64,000 nt of DNA from an uncultured delta proteobacterium (lineage in GTDB: Bacteria; Desulfobacterota; Syntrophorhabdia; Syntrophorhabdales; WCHB1-27). Shown here piece after piece: positions 48,212 to 57,339 of this stretch (its first letter is position 1; every line of letters starts with the position of its first letter). A program made the translations under genes and the position numbers. The stretch is taken from NCBI GenBank assembly GCA_963717985.1, contig CAVQYC010000001.1, positions 456,712 through 520,711 on the forward strand, given 5' to 3'. A model generated the notes under the pieces. That model searched no databases. It saw nothing but the letters and a program-made list of their open reading frames with translations, and was not told the origin of the DNA.

Positions 48212-50947
48212 TCAGCGGAGCACGAGGTTGACCGTTGTCGTCTCCTCGTCCGCCATCTCGATAGTAAACCCCAGCTTCTTGCACACGGCGATCATTTGTT
48301 GGTTCTCCGTCAGCACCTCGCCGTAGATACGCTCAAGCCCCTTCTCCTCTGCTACTCCGATGAGCACGTCCACGAGCTTGGGGCCGAGTCCCTTGCTCTG
48401 ATAGTCGTCGTGGACGAGCACGGCGAATTCTCCCGATTTGAACTCGCGGTCGATGATCAGCCGTCCGATACCGATCAGCTTTCTCTTCCCGCCGTCCCTC
48501 ACCTCGGCCACGATAGCCATTTCCCTGTCATAATCGATGTTGCAGTAGCGCACGAGCATTTCGTGAGAGATGTCCTTGATTATGCTGAAGAACCTCGCGC
48601 GCATCGTCGCTTGGGACAGGGTGCTCAGAAGCTCATGCTCCAGGGGCTCGTCTTCCGGCTTGATCGGCCTCAAGAGCACGTTCGTGCCGTCTGAGAGCAG
48701 CCAGTGGCTTACATACCGGGTCGGATAGGGCGTAATGACGACATGGGGATATTGGGTTGTCTGCTCGAACTCGCTTTCTTCGAGGACTATCCGCGCATTC
48801 ACTGCAAGGGCCTTGCCGTTGGATATCACGATCGGATTAATGTCCATCTCCGCGATTTCAGGGAAATCGACGATGAGATTTGAAAAACTGACGATGATCT
48901 GCTCGATCTCGCGAAACTCGGCCGGCGTTTTCGCCGGGGAACCCTTGAGCATTTTGCAGATCTCCGTCTCTTCCATGAGGATCCTGGCCAGGGTTTGGTT
49001 GAGAGGAGGTATTGCAAACGATACGTCTTTGTAAACTTCGGCGCGCATTCCGCCCATTCCAAAGAGGATAATGGAACCGAAGTCGGTGTCTTTCTTCGCC
49101 CCCAGAATAAGCTGATAATCAACATTGTTAACCTTTTTCTCAATGGTCACCGCCGAGATCATCGCCTCTGGGACCCTCTCCTTGACCCTTTCCAAAAGGC
49201 TGTTGTATGCCGGTCTGAGCCTGTCCCCGCAATAGACTGCGGTCATTCCGCCCACTTCGCTCCTGTGCGGGATATCGGGGGAGACGACCTTGAGAATGAC
49301 GGGATAGCCTACCCTGTCCGCCCAGCTTGCCGCCGACTCGACGCCGTTGACGATAAAAGAGGTGGTGGTCGGGATACCGTAACTCTTGAGAAAATTCTTC
49401 GATTCCGGCTCTGTCAGGACCCTCCTCCCTTCGTTCAGTGTTCTCCTGATGAAAGCCTTGAGGTTGTTTTTTGGCGGTGACTGGTCTACGGGCAGCTCGG
49501 CAGGGGTTTCATAGAGGAGTTCCAGGTTTCTCTTATACCGGTACATATAGAGGTAGGTCTTTATCGCCTCTTCCGGTGTTTCGTACATGGGTATATGGTT
49601 CTTTTTAAGAATCTCCATTCCCTCCTGAACACTGCTCGTACCCATCCAGGTGACGATCACCGGCTTGTAAGCCTGTTTCGCAATCTCCGCGACGGCCTCT
49701 GCAAGCACGGTCGGCCGGGCCGCCGTGCTGGAGGCATAGATCACGAGGATCCCTTCCACGTGCGGGTCGGCAAGGCAGGTGTTGATGGCTTTTGTGTAAC
49801 GTTCGCTGTCTGCATCCCCAAACAGGTCCACAGGGTTGTTCTTACTCCAGTGTGGCGGTAGGAACGCGTTCAGTTCCTCAATGGTTTCCGGGGTGAGGTG
49901 GGCCAGGTGTCCTCCGAGGCCCATGAGGATATCGGTCGCCATGACGCCGAGTCCGCCGGCATTGGTGACGATTGCCAGGGAAGGTCCTTTTGGAAGGTTC
50001 TTGGAGCGAAGCACCTCGGCGGCGTTGAAGAGGTCCATGATCTCCCGGACCCGGACTACTCCCGCCCGCCTGAAGGCAACGTCGTAGGCCGCGTCATAGC
50101 CCGCCATAGAGCCCGTGTGCGACAGTGATGCCCGGGCGCTTTCCTTGAATTGGCCGGACTTTACTACTATGATCGGCTTGTTCCTGGCAAAGCTCCGGGC
50201 CGCGCTTATGAATTTGCGCGCGTTGCCGACTGCCTCCATATAGATCATGATGCTCCGCGTCTGGGGGTCTTCACCGAGAAAATCGATGAGATCGCCAAAA
50301 TCGATATCGACCATGGAGCCTAGGGAGATGAACATGCTGAACCCTATGTGGGTGTTTGCCGCCCAGTCGAGCAGCACGCGGCCCAATGACGCGCTCTGCG
50401 AAATAAAAGCGATGTTCCCCCCGTCCGGCTGTACATCAAAGATGGAGGTGTTGAGACCTATGCTCGGCCTGATGATGCTTCCCCGGTTGGGCCCCAGGAT
50501 CCTCATGCCGTAAGTTTTTCGTAGATCTTTAAGCGCCTCTTCCAGCTTCCTTCCCTCTTCCCCTGCCTCTCTAAAACCACCTGAAACAATAACGATCCCC
50601 TCCACTCCCGCTTTTCCACAGGCTTCAGCAATTTGGGGAACGGTGGGGGCAGGGGTCGAGATGACTGCGAGGTCGACTTTTTCCGGAATGCTTGCGATGT
50701 CGGGATACGAGACCAGATCGAAGATGGCTCCGCCCGTAGGGCTTACCACAAGCGGTTTTGGTTTCGCGCCTTTCTTTGCCCTCCTACCGGCCTCCGCTGC
50801 GTCCGCTTGCGCGTGCACCCAGAATGTCTTGTGCTTGTCCGAGATAAGGAGATTGGAGAGAAGAACGCTTTCGACCGAGCCCTCCGCTTCCATATCGCCG
50901 AAGACTGCAATCGTTTTTGGTTCGAACATTTTTCTTATGTCGCCCAT
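48212..50947 (-). CDS. NDP-forming acyl-CoA synthetase family protein fused to a C-terminal GNAT (Pat-like)
   Basis: CoA-binding (GPN..SQSA), SHTGS, ATP-grasp (GYPVILKVVSPDIPH), GNAT (LRPIKPEDE..EFAVLV..GLG). Confidence 0.9.
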   Translation of the reverse strand: MGDIRKMFEPKTIAVFGDMEAEGSVESVLLSNLLISDKHKTFWVHAQADAAEAGRRAKKGAKPKPLVVSPTGGAIFDLVSYPDIASIPEKVDLAVISTPAPTVPQIAEACGKAGVEGIVIVSGGFREAGEEGRKLEEALKDLRKTYGMRILGPNRGSIIRPSIGLNTSIFDVQPDGGNIAFISQSASLGRVLLDWAANTHIGFSMFISLGSMVDIDFGDLIDFLGEDPQTRSIMIYMEAVGNARKFISAARSFARNKPIIVVKSGQFKESARASLSHTGSMAGYDAAYDVAFRRAGVVRVREIMDLFNAAEVLRSKNLPKGPSLAIVTNAGGLGVMATDILMGLGGHLAHLTPETIEELNAFLPPHWSKNNPVDLFGDADSERYTKAINTCLADPHVEGILVIYASSTAARPTVLAEAVAEIAKQAYKPVIVTWMGTSSVQEGMEILKKNHIPMYETPEEAIKTYLYMYRYKRNLELLYETPAELPVDQSPPKNNLKAFIRRTLNEGRRVLTEPESKNFLKSYGIPTTTSFIVNGVESAASWADRVGYPVILKVVSPDIPHRSEVGGMTAVYCGDRLRPAYNSLLERVKERVPEAMISAVTIEKKVNNVDYQLILGAKKDTDFGSIILFGMGGMRAEVYKDVSFAIPPLNQTLARILMEETEICKMLKGSPAKTPAEFREIEQIIVSFSNLIVDFPEIAEMDINPIVISNGKALAVNARIVLEESEFEQTTQYPHVVITPYPTRYVSHWLLSDGTNVLLRPIKPEDEPLEHELLSTLSQATMRARFFSIIKDISHEMLVRYCNIDYDREMAIVAEVRDGGKRKLIGIGRLIIDREFKSGEFAVLVHDDYQSKGLGPKLVDVLIGVAEEKGLERIYGEVLTENQQMIAVCKKLGFTIEMADEETTTVNLVLR

Positions 50948-51065
50948 CTCGTGACTCTTTGCCCTTTGCTCTTACCGTCTATAGGATGTTCTTTCCGGCT
51001 GTGGGAGATAAGTCCCCGGTCGTGTGAGCAGCATAAAGCGCACCTCCCGTCGAGGTCGCTTCCGA

Positions 51066-51350
51066 TCAGCGCGTATCCTTTTCCACCCATATCGAGTGTT
51101 CCACGAGTCCGAAGGTTTTAAGCGCCTCACTTATGCTCAGGCCCGCCCTGCTCCCCTCGTGGTGAAGGGAATTGGTATCCCATGTAAGACTCAGCGCCAG
51201 GTCCGTCTGATATGATGCGCTGTTATACATATGGATCCGGACCAGTCCGGCTTCCCCTGCTGCGTGCCTCATCGTGTCAAGAAGCAGGCCGGCCACATTT
51301 TCCAATTGGGCGTGCGTCGTCCTCAATCGTATCATCTCCATCCAGAGCAT
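51066..51350 (-). CDS. Small hypothetical protein under a sigma54 promoter
   Basis: MLWMEMIRLR..HSIW; divergent from the sigma54 activator. Confidence 0.7.
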   Translation of the reverse strand: MLWMEMIRLRTTHAQLENVAGLLLDTMRHAAGEAGLVRIHMYNSASYQTDLALSLTWDTNSLHHEGSRAGLSISEALKTFGLVEHSIWVEKDTR

Positions 51351-51361
51351 CAACTATAAGT

Positions 51362-51379
51362 AAGCATAAAGTGTGCCAG
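51362..51379 (-). promoter_or_regulatory. Sigma54 (-24/-12) promoter
   Basis: CTGGCACACTTTATGCTT, exact GG-N10-GC spacing. Confidence 0.75.
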
Positions 51380-51528
51380 ACTTGATAAAATTCAGGATGT
51401 CTTTGACCCACTGTGATAAGGCACGCAATACTATTAAATGCTACAGAAAGTTCTGTCATAATTGGAAGATATATTGTAGATTATCAGATATGTGAGAGTT
51501 ATCGCAACACATATGAATCGAGAGGCCC

Positions 51529-53136
51529 ATGCCAAGGAATGATTTTTTTCGCGAGTTTACTTTTCGCATCTGTGGAAGTCTCAACATAGGCGAAGCGCTC
51601 TGGCGTTGCCTTGTTTATGTCCGAAAGATTCTACCGGCGGATGAGCTGGTGCTGAGCGTGTACAACCCCGCCCTCGGGACGCTCGAAGTCGTTGCACGGG
51701 CTGACGACAAAGGCTTCGTCACAGAGCCTGAGAGTGTGCCCATGCCTTTCCACGTGCGGAAGGAGTTGGAAAATGTCCAGCGTTATGACCGGGTGAGGAT
51801 AAGAAACGACGTGTGGCAGGACCCTATAATCAAAGAGGTTGCGCTGCAGCTCAAATGGCCAAGCAGCTCGGTGATCGTCGCACGCCTCATTATTCAGCAC
51901 AAATTTATCGGTTCCCTTATCGTTCGCGCGAATGGGTTAGACAGGTACACCGAAGAACACGGGGAACTCTGGGCGACGGTCAATGAGCCGGTTGCGATCG
52001 CACTCGCTAACAGCCGGCAATACCGGGACCTTCTACAGTTGAAAGAGGCCCTCGCCGATGATAACCGGTACCTCCATAACGAGCTCCGAAAAAATATAGG
52101 GGCTCAGATTGTCGGCGCCAACTTCGGTCTCAAAGACGTGATGGACCACGTGTACAGGGTTGCCCCCCTGTCCAGTCCGGTCCTTCTGATAGGCGAGACA
52201 GGGAGCGGCAAAGAGATCGTCGCAAATGCCATTCATAACCTCTCGCCCCGTAACAACGGCCCCCTCATTACGGTAAATTGCGGGGCCATTCCAGAATCAC
52301 TCATCGACAGCGAGCTCTTCGGCCATGAGAAGGGAGCTTTTACGGGCGCCCTCACGGACAGGAGGGGCCGTTTCGAGCGGGCCGACAAAGGCACCATTTT
52401 TCTGGACGAGGTAGGCGAGCTCCCCCTCCAGGCACAAGTGAGACTCCTCAGGGTGCTTCAGGAGAAGGAGGTCGAGCGGGTAGGCGGGTCCCAGCTTATC
52501 AAGGTAGATATAAGGATCGTTTCAGCCACCCACAGGAGCCTTGAGAAGCTGGTCGCAGAAGGAGCCTTCAGGGAAGACCTCTATTATCGGCTCCGGGTCT
52601 ACCCCATCCGCATTCCGCCTCTCCGGGAGCGCAGGCTGGACATCCCGGCCCTTGTGGAGCATTTTGTCGAGAGAAGAGCGCGTGAACTGGGTCTTCGCTC
52701 TACGCCGGTTCTTGCCTCCGGGGCCATTGACAGGCTCATCAGATACGACTGGCCGGGCAATGTGCGGGAGCTGGCAAATGTGGTGGAACGCGCGCTGATC
52801 CAGTCGGATGGAAAGCACCTCACCTTCGATGATATAGTGGTCCCCTCACGCCGCAGTGAGCATCCTGATGCCGTGGCCGTCGCCTTTGACGATGGGCACG
52901 CCCCCCTGGACGGCTCTTCTCACGATGCCGCGCAAGCTATGCCGGCTCATCTCAAACTTGATGAGGTAGAAGCGCGTCATATCAGGCAGGTGATGGAAAT
53001 GACCGGCGGAAAGATAGAGGGAAAGAACGGGGCTGCCACGGTCCTCGGTATGAACCCCGCCACGTTGAGGTATCGCATGCAGAAGCTCGGCATCTCTTTT
53101 GGCCGGGGCAAAGGCGCGGCTGAAAAAGGGAAATAG
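51529..53136 (+). CDS. Sigma54-dependent enhancer-binding protein (GAF-AAA+-Fis HTH)
   Basis: GETGSGKE, HEKGAFTGA, FLDEVGE, FREDLYYRL, WPGNVREL, C-terminal HTH. Confidence 0.95.
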   Translation: MPRNDFFREFTFRICGSLNIGEALWRCLVYVRKILPADELVLSVYNPALGTLEVVARADDKGFVTEPESVPMPFHVRKELENVQRYDRVRIRNDVWQDPIIKEVALQLKWPSSSVIVARLIIQHKFIGSLIVRANGLDRYTEEHGELWATVNEPVAIALANSRQYRDLLQLKEALADDNRYLHNELRKNIGAQIVGANFGLKDVMDHVYRVAPLSSPVLLIGETGSGKEIVANAIHNLSPRNNGPLITVNCGAIPESLIDSELFGHEKGAFTGALTDRRGRFERADKGTIFLDEVGELPLQAQVRLLRVLQEKEVERVGGSQLIKVDIRIVSATHRSLEKLVAEGAFREDLYYRLRVYPIRIPPLRERRLDIPALVEHFVERRARELGLRSTPVLASGAIDRLIRYDWPGNVRELANVVERALIQSDGKHLTFDDIVVPSRRSEHPDAVAVAFDDGHAPLDGSSHDAAQAMPAHLKLDEVEARHIRQVMEMTGGKIEGKNGAATVLGMNPATLRYRMQKLGISFGRGKGAAEKGK

Positions 53137-53352
53137 GCGCATTATAAGTCCTATAGGACCTATAAGACGTATACCAAAGGCCAATCCTCCCCGGAGACAA
53201 TCACACATCCCTTTCGCACTAAGCGCCCCACTATCAACCCGAAAGCACCACGGTGAAAGTATGCGCGCGTGCTGTCCTCACGCCGCCGCGACCATAGTGG
53301 CGCCTTTAAGAAGACTGGAAGAAGGGCGATAAACTGACTGCGGAATGCGAAA

Positions 53353-55551
53353 ATGAGAGACGACGCCGGAGACCATGTGGATTCGCAGAAACAAGGCACG
53401 CAGGAGATAACCGTCCTTTTTGCCGGGGTCGCCGTTTCTCAATGGCTTCAGGGCCTGGGGCACGCGGCCGGGGCGGGTGCGACAAACGAAGGTCTGAACA
53501 CTCTGGTGGATATTGTCACCCAGCGGAGAGGCGATGTCATCAAAAGGACTGACCACTCAATCCTCGCCTGCTTTGCCGACCCTACGGAAGCGGTAAAGGC
53601 CGCGATCCACATGCAAAGAACCGCGGCGGGCAACGCGGATGGAAAGACGTCTCTCGCCATTCGCATTGCCATCCATTACGGTCAGGGCACAGCGGATAAC
53701 GGCGCCCTGCACGGAAATATGGCGGTCTTTGCTGCTGAGGCAGCCTCTATCGCAAAAGCCGGACATATCTACCTCTCGGCGGAGGCCCGCAGCGCCATGC
53801 AGGAGCTGAAGTTGGTGGAGTTTCGCCCCATCCCCATGGAAGGGGGCGTCCTTTTCGGTCACTCTTCCGTCTTAGATGTAGCCTGGCATCCGGAAACGGA
53901 TTGCACCCCGGGCCCGCATCCGACCGCGGAGAGCGGGCGGAGGGCAGGGGTCCCGTCAACGCTCTTCCTCCATGGCGCGGCCCTCCTGGAAGGGGGAAAC
54001 CCGCCATGCTTTTACTGCGGGAGCAGGAAGCACCCCACCACTCGTTGTCCGTCAAAGCAGTTGCCCTACAAAGCATGTGGTCTCGAAGCGCTGGGCTACC
54101 TGACCATGGACGAGATAAATCACCTGTTTTCAACATATCTGGCCGGGGCTGGGGGAGACCTCCCGGCAAACCCCGAGCCCTTGGAGACGGATAAAAAAGA
54201 TCCTGTCTCTCTTGCCCCCTGGAGTTTCTATGAGCTGAAAAGGGTCTTCCAACTCCGCTTTCTCAATATAATATGGAGCGCTTCACCAAAAGAAGACTGG
54301 TACAGGGTGAAGGAAAACAAGAGGGAAACCTCGGCTAAGGGTGGGCTTTTGTGGCTTGCTCGCGATTGTATCAGGACGTCTGATCTCGATGAGGCAGAGG
54401 ATCTCCTCCAACGCCACGCACGTCAAAACTCGAAAGACTACAGGACTGCCTGCGGATTGGGCTTTGTCCACATAGAATGGGGGAAGTACACATCCGCCGC
54501 CGATTTTTTCAGTGAAGCCCTGAGCCAGGAGATCACACCGGTCCAGAGGACGTACCTCTTGCTTCTCCTTTCCCGTATCTATACATATACCGAAGACCAT
54601 GGCAAATCCTTCGGCACGCTGAAGGAAGCTTTGAAAATAGAGCCCTATTTTCTTGAAGCCATGTTTGAAGAGATAGTGCGATATTTTCAGTTAAGGCAGC
54701 CGTCTGAGGCCGAAAGCCGCCTCCTTAAACTGCTCCACTTCGCGCGTGAATACTACGTCGCGGCCCTTATATCCCCCGAACTGGCGGAATTCCAGTCTTC
54801 AATTGCTCCTGAATTACGTAGGCTCGTCATGCAGACCCACAAGGAGGCGCAGACGGCGTCAGAGGAAGCGGATAAGGCGGTCGACGCCCTGAAAGGTCTT
54901 CTGAGAGACGACGACGAAGGCGTCGCGGAGATGGTTTCCATGCAGGAGCGTATGCATGAGCTGCTCGAAAAACCAGACGCACTCCTTGCCTGTCAAGACG
55001 CGATCCATACGGCAAAAAGGATCGCCGCCGACTGCGATGCGATTGAAAAGAAGCGAAAAGACCACGCGTTGAAGGTGCTCCTGAAACTGGAAGAGCGCGC
55101 CGGGACGCTGCTCCTGGATGGGATCGCGATGGCAAAGCTTGCTCCCCTCGTTCGCCACGTTTTTGAGCATCTCCGCTCTCTCACGGACGGGCTTGAGCGG
55201 CGCGAGCCCTTCGACCGCTGTCTCGAGCAATGCGAGGTGCTCTCCAGAGAGCTTGAGCCCCTAGAAACAGTTGCGAAACGGCTGAAGGAGCGGGCCGAGC
55301 TTTGCCGGGCATGGGGAAGCTTCTTTAGGGACTTGACTATTACCCTCTTGATCACCGCCACCATCGGGCTGGTACTCCTTCCCGCCATTCTCTTTTGCGT
55401 GGACGCGCTTCATCCGGGATCGACACTGATAGAGCCTCCGGAGGTGTGGTCGGCCCAGAAAGTCGTTTTCGTCGTTGGATGTCTGTTTGGCGTAATATTC
55501 GCTTTTGGCCGTACCATTATCGTGAAGGCGAAGCCGGATAAAAAGAGATGA
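53353..55551 (+). CDS. Degenerate class III cyclase domain + CCHC zinc knuckle + TPR-like repeats + two C-terminal TM helices
   Basis: ITVLFAGV..HSILACF..AVKAAIHMQ..IRIAIHYG; CFYCGSRKHPTTRC; helical repeats. Confidence 0.7.
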   Translation: MRDDAGDHVDSQKQGTQEITVLFAGVAVSQWLQGLGHAAGAGATNEGLNTLVDIVTQRRGDVIKRTDHSILACFADPTEAVKAAIHMQRTAAGNADGKTSLAIRIAIHYGQGTADNGALHGNMAVFAAEAASIAKAGHIYLSAEARSAMQELKLVEFRPIPMEGGVLFGHSSVLDVAWHPETDCTPGPHPTAESGRRAGVPSTLFLHGAALLEGGNPPCFYCGSRKHPTTRCPSKQLPYKACGLEALGYLTMDEINHLFSTYLAGAGGDLPANPEPLETDKKDPVSLAPWSFYELKRVFQLRFLNIIWSASPKEDWYRVKENKRETSAKGGLLWLARDCIRTSDLDEAEDLLQRHARQNSKDYRTACGLGFVHIEWGKYTSAADFFSEALSQEITPVQRTYLLLLLSRIYTYTEDHGKSFGTLKEALKIEPYFLEAMFEEIVRYFQLRQPSEAESRLLKLLHFAREYYVAALISPELAEFQSSIAPELRRLVMQTHKEAQTASEEADKAVDALKGLLRDDDEGVAEMVSMQERMHELLEKPDALLACQDAIHTAKRIAADCDAIEKKRKDHALKVLLKLEERAGTLLLDGIAMAKLAPLVRHVFEHLRSLTDGLERREPFDRCLEQCEVLSRELEPLETVAKRLKERAELCRAWGSFFRDLTITLLITATIGLVLLPAILFCVDALHPGSTLIEPPEVWSAQKVVFVVGCLFGVIFAFGRTIIVKAKPDKKR

Positions 55552-55682
55552 GTCATCTGAGAAGGTGATCGCCCTGCGTGGCGGGAATGGTATCAGGGGG
55601 GGGGAGCACGGGCGGCCGCAGGGTGTGGAGACCTTGTGGAGACCCACCACACCCAAAACGACTGAAACACCGCATAAATAAA

Positions 55683-55724
55683 TGCCCCCGAGGTGACTCG
55701 AACACCTGGCACCAGGATTAGGAA
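55683..55724 (-). other. 3' half of tRNA-Arg(CCT), att-site duplicate bounding element 3
   Basis: Minus strand TTCCTAA-TCCTG-GTGCC-AGGTG-TTCGAGT-CACCT-CGGGGGCA; no 5' half upstream. Confidence 0.85.
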
Positions 55725-56159
55725 AGCAAAATCAGCCGAAAGTCACGACCAATCCGAGACCAATAGAATCCTCGACAATCCGCGTAACGCGGGCTTCATG
55801 CACATTTCCACCGTCTTGGGTCCGCTTTGTCGAAAGTTGGGCCTTTTCGAACGCGACAGGCACAATTTAGGCACAGAAGAACGTGATGGCGGAAGTGTGC
55901 CCATCCATCCGCTCCTATATGAGACAAGAAAGCCACCGGGTACTGTTGGCGGCGTCTCAGGGGCGGGTGGGCCATGTACAGGTATGTTCTAAGCCATTCG
56001 CAATCGAGTCTGAACCACGAGAGCGGAGTCTTTTCAACAATTCCGAGCGAGCATCGGCGCATCGAAGGGGCAAGCGGTGCCGGTGCCTTTCAAGGCAGAA
56101 GCGGCACGGCAATTGTTGAAAAGGCGGAGCGCCGCGCAGAGGGGGAGCGTCTTTCGCCG

Positions 56160-56199
56160 CTCCCGCCTCCCGCGCGGACGGCAGGAGCACGGGGGCGGG
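56160..56199. repeat. Conserved inter-island cis motif, copy 4, followed by a candidate nick site CACTTG/ATTAT (56215-56225)
   Basis: CTCCCGCCTCCCGCGCGGACGGCAGGAGCACGGGGGCGGG. Confidence 0.85.
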
Positions 56200-56303
56200 G
56201 CGTCGTCGTTACTTCACTTGATTATAGGCTCACTCAAGGAGAAAACAAAAGGAACCCCTTTGAGAAAACCTGGGCAGGCTACATATCCTCGGTCAATGAG
56301 ACA

Positions 56304-57332
56304 TACCACTTCAGGGCGATCATCGCGGGACATATCATCAAACTCTATAAATACACCGACCTACAGATATGCCAGAAGGGAAAGACATGCGAGAACCGAA
56401 AGAAGCGTGAGGACCGCACGGAAGAAGAGAAGCAAAAGGACCGTAAAAAGAACCTTTGGAGGGCGCGGAACAGTCTCATAGATACCATCAACGCCAATGT
56501 GGACCGGCCCTGGGGGGAACGGCTCAAGTTCTTCACCATGTCCTTCAAAGATGACATTTTCGATCTTAAAGAAGCAAACGGGGAATTCAACAAATTCATC
56601 AAGCGCATTGAGTACCATATCAAGCGGAAGGTCCATTACACCGTGATAGCCCGGTTCCAGGATGGGAAACGACCGGGCGGAAAAGTCGGAGGGCGTGACG
56701 GGGTTATTCACTATCACGTTCTTTTCTACGATCTCCCATATGTGCCACATGAAAGACTTACCGGGATTTGGGGCCGTGGCTTCGTCTGGATCAACGCCGT
56801 TGACGATGTCGACAACCTGGGCGTCTATATGGTCGAGGGGTACATGGGGAAGGAAATCGAGGACGAGCGGCTGAACGGACAAAAGCACTACTGGTCGAGT
56901 CGGGGACTTTCCAGGCCCGTGGTAATGTACGGAAGGGAAGACCTGAGCGTCAAGCTCGGGATTCAGGGCAGAGAACCGGTTTACCGTAAGACCTTTGTTT
57001 CGGAGTACGTAGGCGTAGTTGCCTATGAACAATACAACCTAAAGAGGGAGGGAAAAGACTATGAGAGGAAGAAGAAGAGTGGAGCATCAGGAAACAGCGG
57101 ATCATCGGGAAGCGATTATGGAACACCTTGGGCCGGGGTGGGTCTGGTGCCTTCATTGCGAGAGGGTATACCGGAAGGACGAAGTCGGTGGGACTCTGAA
57201 AACGAGGTCTACCTATGCGCCTATGAAGACTGCGACGGAGACGCCCTGCTCGATGCCTGGGACTATGAAGCGCGGCGCGAGGAATGCGGGTGGCCGGAAG
57301 TGCCAGAAAAGGGGGTCAGCTACTCGCTTTAA
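56304..57332 (+). CDS. HUH rolling-circle Rep; true start and stop uncertain (probable indels at both ends)
   Basis: YHFRAIIAGHIIKLYKY, FFTMSF (motif 1), IHYHVLF (HUH), VYMVEGYMGK, HYWSSRGL. Confidence 0.8.
   Translation, partial: YHFRAIIAGHIIKLYKYTDLQICQKGKTCENRKKREDRTEEEKQKDRKKNLWRARNSLIDTINANVDRPWGERLKFFTMSFKDDIFDLKEANGEFNKFIKRIEYHIKRKVHYTVIARFQDGKRPGGKVGGRDGVIHYHVLFYDLPYVPHERLTGIWGRGFVWINAVDDVDNLGVYMVEGYMGKEIEDERLNGQKHYWSSRGLSRPVVMYGREDLSVKLGIQGREPVYRKTFVSEYVGVVAYEQYNLKREGKDYERKKKSGASGNSGSSGSDYGTPWAGVGLVPSLREGIPEGRSRWDSENEVYLCAYEDCDGDALLDAWDYEARREECGWPEVPEKGVSYSL
57061..57332 (+). pseudogene. Small Cys/His (zinc-binding?) protein with a 1 nt deletion at ~57186
   Basis: WVWCLHCERVYRKDEV joins RWDSENEVYLCAYEDCDGD..WDY if one C is restored. 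Confidence 0.6.
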
Positions 57333-57339
57333 CGGCAAA

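Noticed and set aside
55974-56303. N-terminal 110 aa of the 452 aa ORF as part of Rep
   Set aside because: It runs through the non-coding motif and origin region and shows no Rep-like sequence before YHFRAII
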